Shown here: positions 51,597 through 61,850 of the stretch, piece after piece
Position numbering within the stretch: position 1 is the stretch's first letter
Layout of the letters: every line of letters begins with the position of its first letter
NCBI GenBank assembly: GCA_964248365.1
Contig: CAXTYC010000011.1
Location: forward strand, 32,001-96,000
Length of the DNA: 64,000 nt
DNA from: an uncultured Chroococcidiopsis sp.
GTDB lineage: Bacteria; Cyanobacteriota; Cyanobacteriia; Cyanobacteriales; Chroococcidiopsidaceae
Direction of reading: 5' to 3'
Made by a program: the position numbers and the translations under genes
The notes under the pieces: generated by a model
The model's database searches: none
Seen by the model: only the letters and a program-made list of their open reading frames with translations
What the model was told of the DNA's origin: nothing

Positions 51597-52136
51597 ATGA
51601 CACTGCCTAACTGGGTCACATTCTCCCGCCTATTGGCATTACCGTTGCTGCTATTTTATTTACAAAATCCTTCCTCGGAAAATCGTTGGTTTAGTTTAGG
51701 CATCTTTCTAGTTGCCGCATTGACCGATTGGTTGGACGGTTACTTAGCTCGAAGATTTAACTGTATAACAGAACTTGGAAAATTTCTAGATCCCTTGGTA
51801 GATAAGCTATTAATATTAGCGCCGATGTTGGCACTGATTGAACAGAGGCAGCTTCCTGCTTGGGGAGTATTTTTAATTTTGGCGCGGGAATTGACGATCG
51901 CAGCTTGGCGCGTCACTCCCAGTTTGACTGGGAGCAAAGCAATTGTAGGAGCTAACAAGTGGGGCAAACTCAAAACTGTGAGTCAAATCGTAGCCCTCTC
52001 CCTACTAATTGCTCCCTTACCAACCACCTGGCATATTCCTTCCTTGATTGCTTTCTGGATTTGTGTCGCCCTGACGTTAATCTCAGGGGCGATTTATTTA
52101 TTGCCGCCTGAAAGAGAGCTAGGGGCTAGGGGCTAG
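51597..52136 (+). CDS. pgsA: CDP-diacylglycerol--glycerol-3-phosphate 3-phosphatidyltransferase
   Basis: TLPNWVTFSR, TDWLDGYLAR, GKFLDPLVDK, GKLKTVSQ. Confidence 0.92.
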   Translation: MTLPNWVTFSRLLALPLLLFYLQNPSSENRWFSLGIFLVAALTDWLDGYLARRFNCITELGKFLDPLVDKLLILAPMLALIEQRQLPAWGVFLILARELTIAAWRVTPSLTGSKAIVGANKWGKLKTVSQIVALSLLIAPLPTTWHIPSLIAFWICVALTLISGAIYLLPPERELGARG

Positions 52137-52226
52137 GGGCTAAGGGCTTGGGAGAGGGGGAGAGTGGGAGAGTGGGAGAGGGGGAAGATGGGCAAATAAA
52201 TTTCTAGTTCCTCCAGCCTCTAGCCC

Positions 52227-53171
52227 CTAGCCCCTAGCCCCTGATTTGAGAATCTCGTCATCCATTGAAAAATCGACTTCAGCTTTGTCTCGGCTCTTGG
52301 CAAGGTAGTCGTTTTGGAAGGAGTCTTTTAGACCTGAGATTAAGTCAAATTCGGGCTGCCAATTTAGATCAGTCATCGCCTTATGCACACAAGCAAAGAA
52401 ATGCTGTACTCGCAGCGGAAATGCCTTGCGCTTGCCAAAATCAAACTTTTTGGGGTCATAGTGGGCAATTTGTAAATCGGCAGCAGATTTACCCACAGCT
52501 TCAGCACAAGCACGGGCTAAACCATCAAAAGTAACGTAGCGATCGCCTGAAACATTATAAATTTGCCCAACCGCTTGCCCATTGCCTAAAACCTTACACA
52601 TTGCCTGTGCCAAATCTTGCACATGACCCATTTGAGTGATATGTAACCCATTGCCTGGAATGGGAATGGGGCGATCGCGTACAATTCTATCAAAAAACCA
52701 GCTTTCCAAGTCGTTATAGTTACCAGCACCGTAAATATACGTAGGGCGAATTGAGGTAAACGGCAATCCTAACAGAGTTAGAAAAGCTTCGGTTTCATGT
52801 TTACCTCGGTGGCGACTTTTTGGATCTATAGGATCGCCCTCAACATGGGGCAAATAGTCAGAGCGCATATACACACCAGCCGAACTCATGTAAACAAAGT
52901 GCTGCACAGAATCTTTAAAGAGATCGGCTAGCGGTTGGGTGTCACTTACTTCTCTGCCATTGTTGTCAAATATTGCATCAAAATGTTCTTGGGATAACTT
53001 TTCCTTTAACGATTCAGGGTTGGTGCGATCGCCCCTTATCTGTAACACTCCCTCACAGGGAGCCGTCCGATTACCACGATTAAACAACACCACCTCATGA
53101 CCTTGTTCCATCAGCATTTTAGTCAGATGGACACCAATGAAGCGCGTGCCACCCATAATTAAAATTCGCAT
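52227..53171 (-). CDS. NAD-dependent epimerase/dehydratase family, CSP41b-like RNA-binding protein
   Basis: MGGTRFIG, FDNNGRE, SSAGVY, WFFDRI, FDFGKRKAFP. Confidence 0.88.
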   Translation of the reverse strand: MRILIMGGTRFIGVHLTKMLMEQGHEVVLFNRGNRTAPCEGVLQIRGDRTNPESLKEKLSQEHFDAIFDNNGREVSDTQPLADLFKDSVQHFVYMSSAGVYMRSDYLPHVEGDPIDPKSRHRGKHETEAFLTLLGLPFTSIRPTYIYGAGNYNDLESWFFDRIVRDRPIPIPGNGLHITQMGHVQDLAQAMCKVLGNGQAVGQIYNVSGDRYVTFDGLARACAEAVGKSAADLQIAHYDPKKFDFGKRKAFPLRVQHFFACVHKAMTDLNWQPEFDLISGLKDSFQNDYLAKSRDKAEVDFSMDDEILKSGARG

Positions 53172-53443
53172 AATTTCCCCCCTCTTGCTTATCCTCAAAC
53201 TTTTTCTTAACCAGCTTGGCTAATTTGAGGGTATCAGGTTACGTCATCAAACACCGAACCAATCCTCAGTTAATAACGTCTTTATTGATGAGCCAGTAAA
53301 AACCAGCCTTTATGACTTAATAACTACCTGTCTGTTCCACCAGAGCTGTGTATCATCCACAATCACAATTGGAAATTTCTTGCCAGATATGGTCTTAATA
53401 ATAAATACTTTCAACATACTTTTAATATCAACTTAAGTGAGCC

Positions 53444-54577
53444 GTGCCTTTGAAGTATGCACTTGTCCATGAGTGGTTAACGCCCCTCGCTAGGGGTGGT
53501 TCAGAACTGGTAGTGCAGGAAATTCTCAAGTTAATTGATGCCGATGTGTATGCCCTGATTGACTTTGAATCTACCAACCCCCAGAGTTATCTGTTCGGGC
53601 GGGAGATTGGCACAACGTTTATGCAACACTTCCCGCAATCCCGCCAAGGTGTACAGAAGTATCTGCCTTTTTTACCCCTAGCAATTGAACAGTTGGATTT
53701 ACGGGCATATGATGTGATTGTTTCCTCTTCTCACACTGTTGCCAAAGGAGTCCTTACCAGCCCCCAGCAGTTGCACATCTGCTACTGTCATGCGCCGATG
53801 CGTTTTGCTTGGGATATGACATTTGATTACCTGGATAGTAGCAAGATGGGTCACGGTTTGCCTGGGATTTTGACTAGGTATTTACTCCATCAATTGCGGC
53901 AATGGGACACAATAACAGCAAATCGAGTCGATCATTTTATTGCCAACTCCCAACATACTGCTCGTCGCATCTGGCGTTGCTACCGTCGAGAAGCAACGGT
54001 GATTTATCCGCCAGTTAACATTGAGCGATTTCCCTTTCTCACCTCAAAACAAGATTTTTATGTAACAGTTTCGCGCTTAGTTAGCTATAAACAAGTATCT
54101 CTAATTGTCCGTGCTTTTAATCAACTCAAAAAGCCTTTGGTAGTAATTGGCACAGGACCAGAACTACCCATGATTCGCAAATTGGCGCAACAGCATATAC
54201 AGGTGCTGGGGGCGCAACCAAATGATGTGGTGGAGAAGTATATGGCTGGGGCGAGAGCATTTGTTTATGCAGCGATGGAAGATTTTGGTATTGCCATAGT
54301 CGAGGCTCAAGCCTGTGGTACACCAGTAATTGCCTATAGTGCTGGAGGAGCTTTAGAAACAGTGCGAGATTTGCGCCAATACCCAGAGTGTGGTACAGGT
54401 ATATTTTTTCCGACACAAACTGTAGAGGCTTTAGTTAGAGCTGTGGAGCAGTTTGAAGAGAAGCTAGCAGGTTTTAATCCTGAGTCTGCGCGATCCCAGG
54501 CTGCTCGATTTGCCCCTACAATTTTTGAAGAACGTTTTATGGCTTTTTTAGAACGTTCGTGCCAAAAGTTACCTTGA
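53444..54577 (+). CDS. Family 4 glycosyltransferase
   Basis: ALVHEWL, EDFGIAIVEAQACGTPVIAY. Confidence 0.92.
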   Translation: MPLKYALVHEWLTPLARGGSELVVQEILKLIDADVYALIDFESTNPQSYLFGREIGTTFMQHFPQSRQGVQKYLPFLPLAIEQLDLRAYDVIVSSSHTVAKGVLTSPQQLHICYCHAPMRFAWDMTFDYLDSSKMGHGLPGILTRYLLHQLRQWDTITANRVDHFIANSQHTARRIWRCYRREATVIYPPVNIERFPFLTSKQDFYVTVSRLVSYKQVSLIVRAFNQLKKPLVVIGTGPELPMIRKLAQQHIQVLGAQPNDVVEKYMAGARAFVYAAMEDFGIAIVEAQACGTPVIAYSAGGALETVRDLRQYPECGTGIFFPTQTVEALVRAVEQFEEKLAGFNPESARSQAARFAPTIFEERFMAFLERSCQKLP

Positions 54578-54698
54578 CTACCTGTTAGCTTTTGATTCAA
54601 GCGTTGGTTTTGCCACTTTTGGAATCAAATTTGCCTCCTTTTGGTGTCTTCTGGCTTTAAGATTGGGACTATGTGTGTGGTGTGGATTGTTAAGGAGT

Positions 54699-55430
54699 AT
54701 GATGACTGCCCAAAGCTCGCTCCTCTCTAGCAAGCGATCGCAGACTTTCGTAAAACGTGGTCAAGATCCCTTTAGAACCAGAGGCAAACCCAATGGTTTG
54801 TCGGCTCTTCTTGACAGAGAGTTTGTTAAACGACTGTTCGACATTGTATTTTCGCTTTTGGTTTTGATTTTGTTTTCCCCAGTTTACTTGCTATTAGGCT
54901 TACTAATTGCTTCCAGTTCGCCAGGTCCAATTTTCTATATCCAGAAACGAGTTGGTAAAAATTACAAGCCTTTTAATTGTATTAAATTCAGAACAATGGT
55001 AGTCAATGCCGACGAAATGTTGTTGGAATTGATCGCCCAATCACCTGGATTAAAGCAGGAATTCGAGGATAACTTCAAGTTGAAAAAAGACCCTCGAATC
55101 ACTAAGATTGGATATTTTTTACGCTTAACCAGTCTGGATGAATTTCCCCAATTCTGGAACGTTTTGAAAGGTGACATGAGTGTTGTGGGTCCCCGACCTC
55201 TAGTGGCTGAAGAATTACCCAGGTACGGTCGCCATATTGACAAAGTATTGACCATCAAGCCAGGAATCACTGGGTTATGGCAAGTTTCTGGGCGCAATGA
55301 TATTCCTTACCCTCGGAGGGTGCAAATAGACCTTTACTATGCCAATTCTCACAATATATGGTTGGATTTGTGGGTAATTTTTAAAACATTTGGTGTAGTG
55401 ATTATACCTAAAAATAAAGGGGCTTATTGA
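54699..55430 (+). CDS. Bacterial sugar transferase (priming glycosyltransferase family)
   Basis: SD AAGGAG before ATG; KRLFDI, KFRTM, DPRITKIG, SLDEFPQFWNV, KPGITGLWQVSGR. Confidence 0.92.
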   Translation: MMTAQSSLLSSKRSQTFVKRGQDPFRTRGKPNGLSALLDREFVKRLFDIVFSLLVLILFSPVYLLLGLLIASSSPGPIFYIQKRVGKNYKPFNCIKFRTMVVNADEMLLELIAQSPGLKQEFEDNFKLKKDPRITKIGYFLRLTSLDEFPQFWNVLKGDMSVVGPRPLVAEELPRYGRHIDKVLTIKPGITGLWQVSGRNDIPYPRRVQIDLYYANSHNIWLDLWVIFKTFGVVIIPKNKGAY

Positions 55431-55435
55431 CAAAA

Positions 55436-55460
55436 AAAGCAAGAAAAATTTTCTTGCTTT
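55436..55460 (+). terminator. Hairpin after sugar transferase
   Basis: AAAGCAAGAAAA/TTTTCTTGCTTT inverted repeat just after the stop codon. Confidence 0.5.
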
Positions 55461-55930
55461 CTTCTGGGGGTAGTCATGCCCCCTTTTTGCTAAATAAGCT
55501 GTTAGCGGTTAGCTATTAGCTTTTAGCAACTATTGACGCTTGGTTACAAAGATAACCATTGCTAGAAACTGTGGAGGAGCGTGCCAGCACAGAGGCTAAC
55601 GGCTAACAGCTTTTTTAGTCACCCAACAATATTTTTACTAATACCTTTCCATTTGAATAGGATTAGTACAGATATTTAAATGCCGCTGAAATTAAATTAA
55701 TACGAATTCCATCAAATCTTTGCAAAGACTCAACAATTACTTAATAATTTCCCAGAGGTTTTCAGTTAACCTTAATTTAACTTTGTCAATTTTAAGCCAA
55801 TAAAGTTGCCGCAAAAGCTAAAAACGGAAAAAAATTAAGTAATTTCTACGTAGGCAAATTAGTGGTTGATTGCTTAAGTTGTAGCAGTTGTTCTGAGAAA
55901 TTTTTCAGATAGTTTAGGAATAGGTAATAT

Positions 55931-57007
55931 ATGACACAAAAAAAGCGAGCTTTAATTACTGGGATTACAGGACAAGACGGCTCTTACCTAAGTGAGTTCT
56001 TGCTGTCTCAAGGCTATGAGGTACATGGTATCATCCGGCGGACTTCAACATTTAACACAGATCGGATCGATCATATTTACGAAGATCCACACAAACAAGG
56101 AGTGCGGTTATTTCTGCACTATGGTGACTTGACCGATGGTACTACTTTGCGCCGGATTTTAGAAGAAGTAAAGCCAACAGAAATTTACAACCTAGGTTCT
56201 CAATCCCACGTCCGAGTGAGCTTTGACTCACCAGAATACACTGTAGATTCAGTTGGGATGGGAACACTGCGCCTATTGGAAGCAATTCGAGACTACCAGC
56301 AACGGACTGGAATTGAAGTGCGATTCTACCAAGCTGGTTCTTCTGAGATGTATGGTCTAGTTCAGGAAGTACCACAAAAGGAGACAACGCCATTTTATCC
56401 GCGTAGTCCTTATGCTTGTGCAAAAGTTTACGCTCATTGGCAGACAGTAAATTATAGAGAATCCTATGATTTATTTGCGTGTAATGGAATACTTTTTAAC
56501 CACGAAAGCCCGCGTCGGGGAGAAACTTTCGTAACCCGCAAAATTACACGAGCAGTCGCCCGCATCGTTGCTGGTAAGCAGAAAAATCTTTACATGGGTA
56601 ATCTAGATGCCAAGCGGGACTGGGGGTATGCCAAGGATTACGTCAAAGCCATGTGGATGATGTTACAGCAAGACAAGCCAGATGATTATGTGATTGCTAC
56701 TGGCGAAACCCACTCAGTTAAAGAGTTTCTCGATTTAGCTTTTGGTTATGTCAATCTTGATTGGCAGAATTACGTAGAGTTTGACGATCGCTACCTCAGA
56801 CCTGCTGAAGTAGAATTATTAATCGGCGATCCTACCAAGGCACAGCAAAAATTAGGCTGGAAACCTTCAGTCACATTCAAAGAACTAGTAGCCTTAATGG
56901 TAGAAGCAGACTTGAATGCGCTAGGTCATACTTCACCCAATGGCGACGGTCATCAAAATGAAGATATAGCTACAATTCGCCAAGCGTTGGTTGGTTTCTT
57001 ATCCTAA
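55931..57007 (+). CDS. gmd: GDP-mannose 4,6-dehydratase
   Basis: [36 protein letters not shown]. Confidence 0.97.
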   Translation: MTQKKRALITGITGQDGSYLSEFLLSQGYEVHGIIRRTSTFNTDRIDHIYEDPHKQGVRLFLHYGDLTDGTTLRRILEEVKPTEIYNLGSQSHVRVSFDSPEYTVDSVGMGTLRLLEAIRDYQQRTGIEVRFYQAGSSEMYGLVQEVPQKETTPFYPRSPYACAKVYAHWQTVNYRESYDLFACNGILFNHESPRRGETFVTRKITRAVARIVAGKQKNLYMGNLDAKRDWGYAKDYVKAMWMMLQQDKPDDYVIATGETHSVKEFLDLAFGYVNLDWQNYVEFDDRYLRPAEVELLIGDPTKAQQKLGWKPSVTFKELVALMVEADLNALGHTSPNGDGHQNEDIATIRQALVGFLS

Positions 57008-57026
57008 TACACCTGCTTTTGATGTT

Positions 57027-57971
57027 ATGACCGCCTTAGATTTCAAAAACAAACGCATACTTGTGACTGGCGGCGCTGGGTTTCTTGGTCGTCAAGTAAT
57101 CGACCAGCTGTGTAAAGCTGGTGCTGACCAGCACAAGATTACCACAGTGCGATCGCGCGATCTTGATTTACGTGTCCTAGAAAATTGCCACCGCGCAGTT
57201 GACCAACAGGATATAGTAATTCACCTAGCAGCTCACGTTGGTGGTATTGGCTTAAATCAGGTAAAACCAGCAGAGCTATTCTACGACAACCTGATGATGG
57301 GCGCTCAACTAATTCACGCCGCCTACCAAGCCCAAGTAGAAAAATTTGTCTGTGTTGGCACTATCTGCGCTTATCCCAAGTTCACGCCAGTACCATTCAA
57401 AGAGGATGATATTTGGAATGGCTACCCAGAGGAAACCAATGCTCCTTATGGTATCGCCAAAAAAGCTCTGTTAGTCCAACTACAAGCTTATCGGCAGCAG
57501 TACGGCTTCAACGGCATTTACCTTTTGCCAGTAAACTTATATGGACCAGAAGACAACTTTGATCCTAAAAGTTCTCACGTCATCCCAGCTTTAATTCGTA
57601 AAGTACACGAAGCCCAAGTACGGGGAGAAAAGCAACTACCCGTTTGGGGCGACGGTAGCCCCACCCGCGAATTCCTCTACTCAGAAGATGCCGCACGGGG
57701 TATAGTCATGGGTACTCAATTCTACAACGAATCTGAACCAGTTAACCTGGGTACGGGTTACGAAATTACTATCCGCGACTTAATTACCCTCATCTGCGAA
57801 TTGATGGAGTTTGACGGGGAAATTGTCTGGGAAACCGACAAACCGAATGGACAACCCCGCCGCTGTTTGGATACCGAACGGGCAAAACAAGCCTTTGGTT
57901 TTGTCACCCAAGTGGACTTTCGGCAAGGGTTGAAAAATACCATCGACTGGTATCGCCAACACGCTAGCTAA
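57027..57971 (+). CDS. fcl: GDP-L-fucose synthase
   Basis: [43 protein letters not shown]; follows gmd. Confidence 0.93.
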   Translation: MTALDFKNKRILVTGGAGFLGRQVIDQLCKAGADQHKITTVRSRDLDLRVLENCHRAVDQQDIVIHLAAHVGGIGLNQVKPAELFYDNLMMGAQLIHAAYQAQVEKFVCVGTICAYPKFTPVPFKEDDIWNGYPEETNAPYGIAKKALLVQLQAYRQQYGFNGIYLLPVNLYGPEDNFDPKSSHVIPALIRKVHEAQVRGEKQLPVWGDGSPTREFLYSEDAARGIVMGTQFYNESEPVNLGTGYEITIRDLITLICELMEFDGEIVWETDKPNGQPRRCLDTERAKQAFGFVTQVDFRQGLKNTIDWYRQHAS

Positions 57972-58035
57972 GTTCAAACCATACATCTATCGTAGGGTGG
58001 GCAATGCCCACCTTATTTATTTTTTGGCGCTAAAT

Positions 58036-58743
58036 CTACTCAAAAGACAAATTAACACTAATGCCATAGTGGTCACTCACAGGTTTACCATTAGCTTTGT
58101 AAGCTTGCCATTTGTTGACATTGCTCACTCTTTTTGCCCATTCTACACTCAGACAAATATGATCGATGTTATAGCCAATTTCATCGTTAGCGGTTACACA
58201 AATTAAGTTGTTTTGCTCTAGTGCATTGTTGAGCATTTCCCTTCCCTTGGCTGTTCCGTAACACAAAGGTTGACTTAGCGCTTCATTAAAGTCACCCGCA
58301 ACACAAAAGGGCAAGCAGGAGTTTAATTTCGCCCAATCTTTACTATGCAGTTCTATTGATTGATAGTGCCGTTCCCATACTTTTGCCTCTCCATCGCTTA
58401 CACTATCATGCGCCCAAGTGATAATGGTTCCATAAACTAGGAAGTTTCCTGATGGTGATTCAATTTCAACACAAATAGCAAGCGTTGGATCGTAAGTTTG
58501 CGATCGCTTAATCGGAAACCGAGACCAAATAGTAGTGTAATTAAAGCCATGCCATTCTGGTTGAGAATAACTGGCAGCTTTAGAATATTCCTTACCTAGA
58601 TTTATAACATCATTAGTTTCAGTCAAGATCCAGATATCAGCATTAATTTCTTGAATTTGCTTGAGAATAACAGGATTTTTACTCCAACCATTGGGTTTGG
58701 GTTTTTCAAGATTCCAAGTAGCAATTTTGAGTGAATTCGACAT
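58036..58743 (-). CDS. Endonuclease/exonuclease/phosphatase (EEP) family protein
   Basis: IATWN, ILTET, AGDFN, IDHI, SDH motifs. Confidence 0.85.
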   Translation of the reverse strand: MSNSLKIATWNLEKPKPNGWSKNPVILKQIQEINADIWILTETNDVINLGKEYSKAASYSQPEWHGFNYTTIWSRFPIKRSQTYDPTLAICVEIESPSGNFLVYGTIITWAHDSVSDGEAKVWERHYQSIELHSKDWAKLNSCLPFCVAGDFNEALSQPLCYGTAKGREMLNNALEQNNLICVTANDEIGYNIDHICLSVEWAKRVSNVNKWQAYKANGKPVSDHYGISVNLSFE

Positions 58744-59032
58744 AGTTAGGTGGGATATGAGGCTATATGTTAGGATGCCCACCTTCATTAGCTCGTCTTG
58801 TCACATAGACAACGATTGTAGACTTGGCACAAAACCAGCAATTTGTCAAGCGGTAGTATTAGATTGTAGGCTGCACAGCATAACTGCCTGTTTAGTGTTG
58901 GTATTGCGTTAGCGAAGCGTGAGCGTAGTTATCGCTCCACAAACAACCACGAAGCTAGCTAATCATCAGGTAGACAATGCCCACCTTCTTTGTAAATACA
59001 ACAGAACTAACTACTCTACTTTTACTTATGTA

Positions 59033-59545
59033 TTATGTGGGCGATCGCTGCTCTTGGATCTTATTTTTATGTCGTTTCTTAAACAGCTTGGATAAAAAGC
59101 TTTTAAAGATATGTGGGAGGTGCGCGGGACTTGGTACAAAGACAATACCCAACTGTTGCATTAAACCTAGCGCATCGCCTTGCCCCCAATGCTCCACAAT
59201 TTTGCCGTCCTCAACGCGATCAATGTGCATGATTGATAACTTGATTTGCTTACCTGTAGGGGGAAGACCTTGAAAGTCACCAAGATGTGTAGCTGTAAAC
59301 GTTCCACAAGTGACAACTTTATCGCCTTCAACAATCACTTCGTCAAATGTGTGTTGACCATTGGTAAAGGCTAAATAGAATGCCATGCCGAACTGCTTGA
59401 AATCATTACAGTCAAGGGGTTCAGATTCGCCAGCCATGTGAGCAACAAAATTAGTGGCAAGAAGTGCTAATGCTTGGTCAATATTCCGATTGTCGAAAGC
59501 TTTGTAGAACTGGAGAACGATGGCTTTATTTTGTTCTGTTGACAT
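59033..59545 (-). CDS. SnoaL-like ester cyclase (NTF2 fold)
   Basis: MSTEQNKAIV, EGDKVV, THLGDFQGLPPTGK, DGKIVEHW, LGLMQQLG. Confidence 0.9.
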   Translation of the reverse strand: MSTEQNKAIVLQFYKAFDNRNIDQALALLATNFVAHMAGESEPLDCNDFKQFGMAFYLAFTNGQHTFDEVIVEGDKVVTCGTFTATHLGDFQGLPPTGKQIKLSIMHIDRVEDGKIVEHWGQGDALGLMQQLGIVFVPSPAHLPHIFKSFLSKLFKKRHKNKIQEQRSPT

Positions 59546-60039
59546 TCGATGCTTCTTTTTTAGCTAAGATTGTAACTTATCAACAGTGGTAGGAATTGAA
59601 TGCGACGCGCCGATAACGCCTCATTAACAACTCACACAGAACAATAAGCACTAGCAGATAACCCTTAAAAATGCGCCCCACCAATAACCTAGCCGCATAA
59701 CTCGTAATTAAATGGATTTTCGTATAGTAGTTTAATCAAAGGAAAAAAGATGGAATTTTTCGCTATATATCTCAGCAAAATATAGAATTTTTCTGTGTAC
59801 TATCTAGCACAGTCCAAAAAGTTGAAATCCGTATATCATTTTATGGAACTACGTCGGAAGAAGCTGCTTGGCTCCTTGTGCAAAGCTATCTGATTCAAGT
59901 ATCATTGCTCTGTTTTAGAACCAGAAACGATAACTACGACGAGCGCAACGCTTACGCATCTCTTACCCTAGATCCTAAAGATGTAGAATATCAGGCTGAA
60001 GTTGCCGCTGGGGATGGAATGGATGCCGAAGGATTTTAA

Positions 60040-60612
60040 ATGGAAAAAGCAGAATTACGCCGAGTTCTGATCAAAACTCGCCTATCCATGACTCAAGAAG
60101 AATGGCAAGAAAAGAGCGATCGCATTTGTTTTCACCTCGAATCTTCACCCCTGTTTACCCAAGCCAAAACCATCCTGGCTTATTTCAGTTTTCGCTTTGA
60201 ACCTAACCTTAATTCCCTATTTACCAACAACCATTACCGCTGGGGAGTACCTCGCTGTGTGGGGACTCACTTAATTTGGCATCTGTGGCAACTCGGTGAT
60301 ACTCTTCAAACTGGGGCTTATGGGATTTTAGAACCCTTACCAAACGCCCCCACCTTGCAACCAGATGAGGTAGATTTAATTCTTGTGCCTGCTGTTGCCT
60401 GCGACTATCTTGGGTATCGCTTGGGTTATGGTGGCGGTTATTATGATCGCTTGCTCAGCTTACCCCAATGGGCATCAAAGCCTACTATAGGCATTGTATT
60501 TGACTTTGCCTACCTCCCCCAGTTGCCTACTAATTCCTGGGATATCCAAATGCATGGTGTATGTACACAAACAGGCTTGAGAGTTATTCGTAATTCAAGT
60601 ATACTTTCCTAA
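60040..60612 (+). CDS. ygfA: 5-formyltetrahydrofolate cyclo-ligase
   Basis: KAELR, YGILEP, DLILVPAVACD, RLGYGGGYYDR. Confidence 0.93.
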   Translation: MEKAELRRVLIKTRLSMTQEEWQEKSDRICFHLESSPLFTQAKTILAYFSFRFEPNLNSLFTNNHYRWGVPRCVGTHLIWHLWQLGDTLQTGAYGILEPLPNAPTLQPDEVDLILVPAVACDYLGYRLGYGGGYYDRLLSLPQWASKPTIGIVFDFAYLPQLPTNSWDIQMHGVCTQTGLRVIRNSSILS

Positions 60613-60704
60613 ATTCTTATTACGGGAATAATTACTACTATTTTGTTGCTCTGCCTTTTATGAGTTAAAACTTTTAGTTACTGCTTCTTAAACTTTTGGA
60701 ACCC

Positions 60705-60730
60705 GCGCAGAGGACTATTGTCCTCTGCGC
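60705..60730. terminator. GC-rich hairpin after ygfA
   Basis: GCGCAGAGGAC-TATT-GTCCTCTGCGC. Confidence 0.5.
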
Positions 60731-60926
60731 TCCAACTAACTTACTTTTACAAGCATTTAGTTAGACAAATACAATTACTATAGTATGGGTAAATAATGAA
60801 TAAGTCAAGTCTTTTTTTCAAAACAAATAAAGTTTTTCTAAAAAAGATTGAAGTGGGTATTTAATGAGCGAGTGTTAAGGTATTTTGAGTTATTTGAAAG
60901 TTTAGATTTTCAAGATGAGAGGAGAA

Positions 60927-61772
60927 ATGATTAATTATAAACAGGGAATTGGGGTGCGGTGGAGAAATGTTTGGATGTATGGCTTGTTGGGAGTAGTGGC
61001 AATAGTAATGCTATTTCCTCTACTTTGGCTGCTAAGTACCGCCTTTAAATCTCCTACTGAAGATATATTCCAATTTCCTCCCCAGCTATTACCCAGCCAA
61101 CCGACATTTAATAATTTTGTGCGAGTTTGGCAAACCAATCCGTTTGGGCGTTATCTATTTAACAGTACGCTAATCGCCGTAATAACTGTTGGTTTAAATC
61201 TACTATTTTGTGCTTTAGCGGCTTACCCACTAGCACGGCTAGAGTTTCGGGGAAGAGAAATCATTTTCACGGCAATTGTCACCACAATTATGATTCCGTT
61301 TCAAATTGTGATGATTCCGCTGTATATTTTGACAGTGCAACTGGGGATGAAAAATAGTTATTTGGGAATTATATTTCCAGCGATCGCCTCAGCTTTTGGT
61401 ATATTTTTATTACGACAAGCATTTCAAGGCGTTCCCAAAGAACTAGAAGAAGCTGCCAGAATTGATGGTTGTTCTGAATTGGGTATATGGTGGAACGTGA
61501 TGATACCAGCAATTCGCCCAGCCCTCGTTACCTTAGCCATTTTTGTCTTTATCGGTTCGTGGAGTGATTTTCTTTGGCCTTTAATTGTGATTGACAGACC
61601 AGAATTTTACACTCTACCTTTAGGTGTGGCAATGTTAGCTGGTACATTCTCGCTTGACTGGCGATTGATTGCAGCTGGATCGGTAATTTCCATCGCACCA
61701 ATTTTAGTGTTATTCCTATTTCTCCAACGTTACATAGTACCAACTGATGCGGGAAGTGGGGTGAAAGGTTGA
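60927..61772 (+). CDS. Carbohydrate ABC transporter permease (stand-alone)
   Basis: ELEEAARIDG EAA loop, WSDFLWPL; start could be 60915 or 60927. Confidence 0.9.
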   Translation: MINYKQGIGVRWRNVWMYGLLGVVAIVMLFPLLWLLSTAFKSPTEDIFQFPPQLLPSQPTFNNFVRVWQTNPFGRYLFNSTLIAVITVGLNLLFCALAAYPLARLEFRGREIIFTAIVTTIMIPFQIVMIPLYILTVQLGMKNSYLGIIFPAIASAFGIFLLRQAFQGVPKELEEAARIDGCSELGIWWNVMIPAIRPALVTLAIFVFIGSWSDFLWPLIVIDRPEFYTLPLGVAMLAGTFSLDWRLIAAGSVISIAPILVLFLFLQRYIVPTDAGSGVKG

Positions 61773-61850
61773 AGTATGAAGTATGAAGTTTGAAGGGTGA
61801 AGGGTGAAGATTTAAATTTCAGCCTTTATCCTTTATCATGCCCGCCTTTT

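Noticed and set aside
59700..60040. 6S RNA upstream of ygfA, as in enterobacteria
   Set aside because: No long self-complementary rod visible
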